Below, in pieces: positions 58,720-64,000 of a DNA stretch of 64,000 nt (positions are counted from its first letter, which is position 1; the number at the start of each line of letters is the position of its first letter). Below the pieces are notes generated by a model, which did not search any database, was not told the origin of the DNA, and saw only the letters and a program-made list of their open reading frames with translations. The DNA is taken from positions 206,129-270,128 of the forward strand of contig CAVXDU010000013.1 of NCBI GenBank assembly GCA_963760625.1, written 5' to 3'. The stretch comes from an uncultured Chloroflexia bacterium (GTDB lineage Bacteria > Chloroflexota > Limnocylindria > Limnocylindrales > CSP1-4). The position numbers and the translations under genes are program-made.

Positions 58720-58859
58720 CTCCGATGCGCTGTTCCTGACCTCGCACCACGCGTGGCATCTGCCCGCCCCTACACGCGCACGACGGAGCCGGTGTCGGGC
58801 CCTCGCGATCGCGTGCCCATCATGCTGGGTATGGCATCGGTCCGGGCGCGTCGGTCTCG

Positions 58860-58881
58860 GGCCGCAGAGCCCCTGCGGGCC
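58860..58881 (-). terminator. GC-rich imperfect hairpin 13 nt downstream of the repeat-protein stop (putative terminator)
   Basis: ggccgcag-agccc-ctgcgggcc forms 6 bp, a 1-nt bulge and 2 more bp. There is no U-tract. Confidence 0.3.
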
Positions 58882-58893
58882 GGCGACGCAGGC

Positions 58894-59868
58894 CTAGTTG
58901 GAGTATCGGTTGCGGTAGATCGCGTCGTTGGTGGCCCGCACGAATACGTACAGCTTGCCCTTGTAGGTCGTGGCCGCCGGGGCCGAGGGCGTCAGGCCGT
59001 CACCCGGCACCTCGGCCCAGCCGGACCAGGTGCCGGCATACCGATTGCGGTAGATCTTGCCGTCGGTACCCCGCACGAACAGGTACAGCTTGTCCTTGTA
59101 GGCCGTCGCGCCCGGGGCCGACTCCGTCGAGCCACCACCCGAGACCTCTGTCCAGCCCGACCAGGAGGTGCCGTCGTATCGGTTGCGGTAGATCGCGTTG
59201 TCGGTACCCCGCACGAACAGGTACAGCTTGCTCTTGTAGGCCGTCGCGCCGGGTGCCGACTGCGTCACGCCGTCGCCGGGCACCTCGGCCCAGCCGGACC
59301 AGGTGCCGTTGTACCGGTTGCGGTAGATCTTGTCGTCGGTACCCCGCACGAACACGTACAGCTTGTTCTTGTAGGCCGTCGCGCCCGGGTGCCGACTGCG
59401 TCGAGCCACCACCCGGGACCTCTGTCCAGCCCGACCAGGAGGTGCCGTCGTATCGGTTGCGGTAGATCGGCGTCGTTGGTGGCCCGCACGAACACGTACA
59501 GCTTGCTCTTGTAGGTCGTGGCCGACGGGGCTGACAACGTCACGGCCGTCACCCGGCACCTCGGTCCAGCCGGACCAGGTGCCGCCGCCATATCGGTTTC
59601 GGTAGATCTTGTCGTCGGTACCCCGCACGAACACGTACAGCTTGTTCTTGTACTGGACGGTGGCCGGCGAGTCGAACGTCGAGCCACCACCAGGGACCTC
59701 TGTCCATCCCGACCATCCTGGCGCCGCCAGCACGGATGATGGGTTCGCCGCAGCGGCTGTCGTCGTACCCGCCAGCGCGGACACGAGCAGGACCACGGCG
59801 AGGATCGGGATGCGCACGTGTCGCAGCACTCCGCGTCGCAGGGTCGGCGTAGACCGGGAAGCGTCCAT
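58894..59868 (-). CDS. Secreted six-repeat (about 47 aa each) beta-propeller/lectin-like protein; about 3 frame changes in the central repeats (59385-59560)
   Basis: ATG 59868 gives MDASRSTPTLRRGVLRHVRIPILAVVLLVSALAGTTTAAAA (signal). Six copies follow of the unit [SAPxATxYKxKLYVFVRGTDxxIYRNRYxGTxWSGWxEVPGxG]. The units are encoded by near-identical about 141-bp DNA repeats. Extra bases are seen at gcgccc-g-ggtgcc (about 59388) and gatcg-g-cgtcg (about 59470). Confidence 0.8.
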   Translation of the reverse strand: MDASRSTPTLRRGVLRHVRIPILAVVLLVSALAGTTTAAAANPSSVLAAPGWSGWTEVPGGGSTFDSPATVQYKNKLYVFVRGTDDKIYRNRYGGGTWSGWTEVPGDGRDVVSPVGHDLQEQAVRVRAGHQRRRSTATDTTAPPGRAGQRSRVVARRSRHPGATAYKNKLYVFVRGTDDKIYRNRYNGTWSGWAEVPGDGVTQSAPGATAYKSKLYLFVRGTDNAIYRNRYDGTSWSGWTEVSGGGSTESAPGATAYKDKLYLFVRGTDGKIYRNRYAGTWSGWAEVPGDGLTPSAPAATTYKGKLYVFVRATNDAIYRNRYSN

Positions 59869-60254
59869 CTGTACACCTCGTCGCAGTGCTGACGCACACG
59901 GCGGGGACGTCGCGCGAGTGCGCCATCGGGTGTGGCCGATGGCTGGGTCATCGGCGGTCCCGGCGAGTGTACTGCGCGCCGAGGCAACGACAATCCCCAA
60001 AAGTGCGTGCGATCGTGGAGGTTTATCGTGGATCCGGGGTTGCCGTCGTGCCCTCCCTTCGCGGTGTGATCCGCCTTCGGTCATCCACAGGTCGTACACG
60101 ATCACGGTGGAGATGTGGACGGCACATTCACATTTGCGTGGCAGATCGTGGACAGTGCCCTAGAGAGCAACTGCGATCGCGGGCATCATGCAACCTGCCC
60201 GAAGGGGCCAGAGAACGAACCAGGCGGCTGCGATCGCATCAAGGCCCGACGGAG

Positions 60255-61205
60255 TCACTCAGGTTCCTCCGGGCGCTTTCGTGTCCGTCGCGCGGCGATG
60301 TCCGTGGCGGATCGATATCGGGCCGCGGTGATCTGCTTCTGGAACCAGTGGTGTGCGAAGGGTTCGTCGTTGAAGGCGGGCACCTCGACATAGCCCGCTC
60401 GCCGGTACATCGAGATCGCCTCGGGCAACGCCCGGTTGGTCTCGAGGCGGACGAGGGTCATCTCCTCGGCCGCCGCGCGCCGCTCCAGCTCCGCTATCAG
60501 CCTGGCGCCGATACCGTGCCCGCGGGCATGTGGAACGACCCATACTCGCTTCAGTTCCGCGATGCCACCGTCGAGGCGCTTGAGCACGCCACATCCGGCC
60601 GGCGCACCCCGGAGTCGGGCGACCAGCACCACTGCGGCAGGTGGCGCGAGGTCGATGGGATTTGCGCGGAGACTCCGCGACAGGTCAAAGCCGCCCTCGA
60701 ATCGTTCGTCGAGTTCCGCAAAGTACCGCGTGAAGCACCAGCGGACGTCGCCGCTCTCGGCCGGCTCCTCGGCGATGGTCAGTTGTGCGCGGATGACCAT
60801 CCTCTCCACCGTCCCCATCGCCGCAAGGAGGTCGGCACGCTGTTCGTCAGTCAGTGGCGCGAGCAGCGATGCGGCGAACGCATCGGACCGGCGATCGAGC
60901 TCGGCGCGCTCGCGCTCACCTGCGACGGTCAGACGGACCCAGCGGACGCGTCCATCCCGCGGGTCCGGCGCGCGCACGACGAGGCCCTGATGCTCGAGTG
61001 ACCCGAGCAGGCGAGTGGTGTACCCGGAGTCGAGACCGAGCCGCTGGCGCAGCTCGCGGACCTCGGCGCCGGATGTGCCGACCTCCCACAGCAGGCGTGC
61101 CTCGCCCATTGGCCGATCCCGGCCAAGGAATCGGGCATCGAGTGCCCCGATGGCGGTCGCGAAGGTGCGGTTGAACGAACGGACCCGACTGACCTCAGAC
61201 AGCAT
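60255..61205 (-). CDS. MarR-family HTH domain fused to a GNAT acetyltransferase
   Basis: ATG 61205 gives MLSEVSRVRSFNRTFATAIG. The wHTH is VRELRQRLGLDSGYTTRLLGSLEHQGLVVRAPDPRDGRVRWVRLTVAG. The GNAT motif A is LKRVWVVPHARGHGIGARLIAELE followed by AISMYRRAGY. Confidence 0.85.
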   Translation of the reverse strand: MLSEVSRVRSFNRTFATAIGALDARFLGRDRPMGEARLLWEVGTSGAEVRELRQRLGLDSGYTTRLLGSLEHQGLVVRAPDPRDGRVRWVRLTVAGERERAELDRRSDAFAASLLAPLTDEQRADLLAAMGTVERMVIRAQLTIAEEPAESGDVRWCFTRYFAELDERFEGGFDLSRSLRANPIDLAPPAAVVLVARLRGAPAGCGVLKRLDGGIAELKRVWVVPHARGHGIGARLIAELERRAAAEEMTLVRLETNRALPEAISMYRRAGYVEVPAFNDEPFAHHWFQKQITAARYRSATDIAARRTRKRPEEPE

Positions 61206-61309
61206 CGTCCTCTGACGATAGTCAGAGGATTGCCTCAAGTCAACGGCTCAGGTGGTGGGTGGGGTAGGCCTCATCGACCTCGACCGGACGGCCTCGGACG
61301 CGGCCGGGC

Positions 61310-61588
61310 TCAGAGGTCGGACGGAAGGCTGATGCGGACGGTCACGGGTGCCTCGGGTCCGTCGCCGTCGGGGTCGACTATCCCGGTGCCATACCCCGCC
61401 GGCGGATCGGCCACGCGGGCCAGATGTGCGACATCGTCGTTGATGGGGACGTCGACGCTGATCCGCGAGCCGATGTAGTCCTTGATGTACAGGCCGGTGG
61501 TGCTGATCGTGGTCCCGGGAGACTCGATCCCCAGGCCATCGCCGAGAGTGATGCTCAGGAGGCGCTTCGTGCGCCGGCTGGTTCTCAT
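61310..61588 (-). CDS. Hypothetical small protein
   Basis: 92-aa ORF with a non-shadow-like composition (ITLGDGLGIESPGTTISTTGLYIKDYIGSRISVDVPINDD). No family recognised. Confidence 0.35.
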   Translation of the reverse strand: MRTSRRTKRLLSITLGDGLGIESPGTTISTTGLYIKDYIGSRISVDVPINDDVAHLARVADPPAGYGTGIVDPDGDGPEAPVTVRISLPSDL

Positions 61589-61724
61589 CTACAGATCGTC
61601 GCGCCAGACGACCGGGTAGTCAATGGCCCCGATGCCGTCCGGACGTCCCCGCAGCAGGCGCCATTACCGCCAAGGGGGCGGCCAAGGTCCGGTCACCGGG
61701 CCACTCCGGACATACCATGGGGTG

Positions 61725-62138
61725 ATGCGCCTCCCACCTGACGTCAAGGAGCTCATCGGACGCGGCCCGATCGCCCATGTCGTGACCTTGAACGACGACG
61801 GCTCGCCACAGGTCTCGATGGCATGGGTCGGCGTGGAGGACGATGAAGTGGTGATCGGGACGCTGCCCGACCAGGTCAAGCTGCGCAACATCCGGCGTGA
61901 CCCGCGGATCGCCGTCTCGATGGTCACCGGACAGAGGAACAGGTTCGGCCTCGACGAGTACCTGGTGCTGCACGGAAAGGCGCGCCTCACCGAGGGCGGC
62001 GCCGCGGACCTGCTTGGACGGCTTGCTCGGGTCTATCTGGGTCCGGAGGTCCGGTTCCCGCCGATGCCCGATCCGCCGCCGGGCTGGGTCATCCACATCG
62101 CGGTCGACAGGATCGTGGGCAACCGTTCGACTGGCTGA
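61725..62138 (+). CDS. PPOX-class (pyridoxamine 5'-phosphate oxidase fold) probable F420-dependent oxidoreductase
   Basis: ATG 61725 gives MRLPPDVKELIGRGPIAHVVTLNDDGSPQVSMAWVGVEDDEVVIGT...KLRNIRRDPRIAVSM, the typical PPOX split-barrel N-terminus. F420 dependence is inferred from family lore only. Confidence 0.75.
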   Translation: MRLPPDVKELIGRGPIAHVVTLNDDGSPQVSMAWVGVEDDEVVIGTLPDQVKLRNIRRDPRIAVSMVTGQRNRFGLDEYLVLHGKARLTEGGAADLLGRLARVYLGPEVRFPPMPDPPPGWVIHIAVDRIVGNRSTG

Positions 62139-62286
62139 CCGGCGGCAGTGAAGTGAGTGGCCCCATGCGGATCTGAAGGGACGGGGTAGCGACGTTGTCG
62201 AGCCCCGGTGCAACCATTTGGGCATCGTCAGGACGCATAGTCACATGAGCGCGGATAGGTAGGCCGCGCCGCACTGGGCGAGATGC

Positions 62287-62850
62287 ATGCAGCGAGAGCT
62301 GGTGACCCGGGCGATGGGCGGCGACCATGAGGCGTTCGCGAGCCTCGTGAGCTCCTCCAGCGGTCGCCTGTATGCCGTCGCCAACATGATCCTGCGGGAC
62401 CAGGACCGTGCTCAGGACGCGGTCCAGGAGGCGCTCGTCTCCGCCTGGAGGGACCTGCGCTCACTTCGAAACCCGGATGCATGGGACGCCTGGTCGTATC
62501 GCCTGACTGTATGGGCCTGCTACCGGCAGGCCCGCAGGGAGAGGCGCCGCACCCTGGTCGAGTCGCCGGTGCTGCCCGATGATGCGATGGAGCCCGCCTC
62601 CGATATCGCCTTCCCGATCGTCGAACGCGACCGGCTCGAGCGGCAGCTCGGGCGACTGCCCATCGAGCAACGGGCGGTCATCGTGGTCCATTTCTACCTC
62701 GGCCGACCGCTCGCTGAGGCGGCGGCGATCCTCGATATCCCCGTCGGGACCGCCAAGGCCCGGATGTACCGAGGCCTGCAGGCCCTGCGCGATGCGATGG
62801 GCGCCGAGCCAGAGGCCCGAGTGAGCACGGTCCGGGCGCGCGTGTCATGA
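62287..62850 (+). CDS. ECF sigma factor (intact)
   Basis: Region 2 is DAVQEALVSAWRDLRSLRNPDAWDAWSYRLTVWACY. Region 4 is LPIEQRAVIVVHFYLGRPLAEAAAILDIPVGTAKARMYRG. The 187-aa ORF is intact. Confidence 0.9.
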   Translation: MQRELVTRAMGGDHEAFASLVSSSSGRLYAVANMILRDQDRAQDAVQEALVSAWRDLRSLRNPDAWDAWSYRLTVWACYRQARRERRRTLVESPVLPDDAMEPASDIAFPIVERDRLERQLGRLPIEQRAVIVVHFYLGRPLAEAAAILDIPVGTAKARMYRGLQALRDAMGAEPEARVSTVRARVS

Positions 62851-64000
62851 ACGACCTGCGCCTGGAGCGACTCCTCGACGACGTGCTGGCGGGTATCGCG
62901 ACGGAGCATGTCCCCGACCAACTCGATCGCGAGATCGTCCTTGCCACAGGCCGCGTGCGGCAGCGTCCGCGCTGGCTTGCCCTCCTCAAGGAGTCCCCCA
63001 TGCGTCTCGATGCCCGCGTCGCAGTCGGCTCGCCGACCTTCCGGCTCGCCTCCATCCTCGCTCTCACGCTGGCCCTCGTGGTGGCCACAGCTGGCGCGGT
63101 CGCGGTGGCCGCTTCGCTGTTGCCCAGCACGCCACCCGTCCCGGGGTTCCGCAACGGTCTCATCGCCTTCAGCTCGAACGGTGACATATGGGTCACCGAT
63201 GTCGATGACCTGGCTCGGCAACAGTTGACGACCGGTCCTTCGTGGGACAGCAGCCCGACATGGTCGCCCGAGGGCGATCGAATCGCCTACTGGACACAAC
63301 GGACGCCCGCGGCGCCCTTCGCGCTCATGGTCATGGACGCCGACGGCTCCCACCCGCGGAAGGTCCGGGACCTGGTGGCAGATCGATTAGGGTTGACCGA
63401 TGACGTATCGATGGCGTGGAGTCCCGACGGTGCTGTGATCTCGTACTCCGTGAACGATGGCACCACCGACTGGATCGAGACCGCCGACGTCGGGTCCGGA
63501 CAGCACGTCCGCCTGGCCGCTGGCAAGGCTGAAGTGTGGTCCCCGGATGGATCGATGCTTGCGTACCAGGGAGGACCGACGCAGGGCGAGGTCTGGACCA
63601 TGGCCGCGAACGGGACGTCGGCGCACCAGCTGGTAAGCGGCTCAGGGCCCGTATGGTCCTCGGCCGATCGGCTCGCCTACTTCGCCGCTCAGGGTGGCGC
63701 CAATGACATCTGGGTCATCAACCCGGACGGTACCGGAGCCACGAACATCACGAACACCGCGGAAGATGAGTTCTGGCCGAGCTGGTCACCCGACGGTTCA
63801 CGCCTGGCGTCCTATCGGGCGACAGACCGATCGCTTCTCAACCAGGTCATCGTCACCTCTGCCGATGGATCGAACCAGGTGACGCTCCAGGGTGAACTCG
63901 TCGCGGGCGGCGACCTGGTCTGGTCGCCGGACGGCTCTCGAGTCCTCGGCGCCTTGTTCGACGAACAACAGGGCGAGTACGGGCTCGAAGTATTCGACGC
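62847..64000 (+). CDS. Anti-sigma-like single-pass membrane protein with an extracytoplasmic TolB-like (PD40/WD40-like) beta-propeller; runs off the right edge
   Basis: It is not in the ORF track because there is no stop in the window. ATG 62847 overlaps the sigma stop (ATGA). Hand translation gives MNDLRLERLLDDVLAGIATEH...RPRWLALL, then the TM segment FRLASILALTLALVVATAGAVAVAASLL, then repeated PD40-like units (GLIAFSSNGDIWVTD, SPTWSPEGDRIAYW, MAWSPDGAVISY, EVWSPDGSMLAY, DIWVINPDGTGATNIT, PSWSPDGSRLASY, LVWSPDGSRVLG). Confidence 0.8.
   Translation, partial: MNDLRLERLLDDVLAGIATEHVPDQLDREIVLATGRVRQRPRWLALLKESPMRLDARVAVGSPTFRLASILALTLALVVATAGAVAVAASLLPSTPPVPGFRNGLIAFSSNGDIWVTDVDDLARQQLTTGPSWDSSPTWSPEGDRIAYWTQRTPAAPFALMVMDADGSHPRKVRDLVADRLGLTDDVSMAWSPDGAVISYSVNDGTTDWIETADVGSGQHVRLAAGKAEVWSPDGSMLAYQGGPTQGEVWTMAANGTSAHQLVSGSGPVWSSADRLAYFAAQGGANDIWVINPDGTGATNITNTAEDEFWPSWSPDGSRLASYRATDRSLLNQVIVTSADGSNQVTLQGELVAGGDLVWSPDGSRVLGALFDEQQGEYGLEVFD

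Overview
This is a high-GC bacterial chromosomal segment (G+C judged by eye at roughly two thirds or more, not computed). The gene content looks like Actinomycetota, possibly Chloroflexota: an F420-type PPOX protein, an AAC(2')-like GNAT, a Flp pilin, an Excalibur lipoprotein, several ECF sigma factors and many Sec/Tat-secreted proteins. I can support about 60 protein genes or gene remnants and one tRNA-like element. I recognise no rRNA, CRISPR array, transposase, integrase or phage structural genes. All family calls come from motifs read in the translations and from memory of those families; no database search was run.

Recognisable content:
- Two PPK2 polyphosphate kinases.
- A PAS-GGDEF-EAL protein.
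- A formylglycine-generating enzyme (FGE) followed by an arylsulfatase.
- A P-type cation ATPase and a MacB/FtsX-type ABC exporter.
- A CPA2 antiporter and a DHA2-type MFS transporter.
- folE translationally coupled to a RibD_C-like reductase.
- Adenosine deaminase, a GH3 hydrolase and a GH25 muramidase.
- A cysteine-synthase-like PLP enzyme.
- Several GNAT, VOC and FAD enzymes.
- A collagen-like protein and a six-repeat beta-propeller protein.

The dominant peculiarity is that about 21 otherwise well-conserved genes can only be read by changing frame at 1-nt indels. These breaks are very unevenly distributed. There are none across 13 consecutive genes at 28.4-40.9 kb. The sulfatase (10.5-12.0 kb) and the ABC exporter plus ECF sigma block (23.4-26.2 kb) each carry many. 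This is either consensus error in a long-read assembly or real, patchy pseudogenisation, and the sequence alone cannot decide between them.

I did not find a convincing novel multi-gene system. The best leads are:
- A tRNA-Ala-like element with a 5-nt-short anticodon arm.
- A 16-20 bp tandem repeat array abutting a start codon.
- An orphan Flp pilin that the ORF track missed.
- A decaying family of ECF sigma paralogs.
- Paired kinase-less sensor-like membrane proteins.
- A stand-alone asparagine-synthetase-like PP-loop enzyme.
- Tandem secreted paralogs next to the tRNA-like element.
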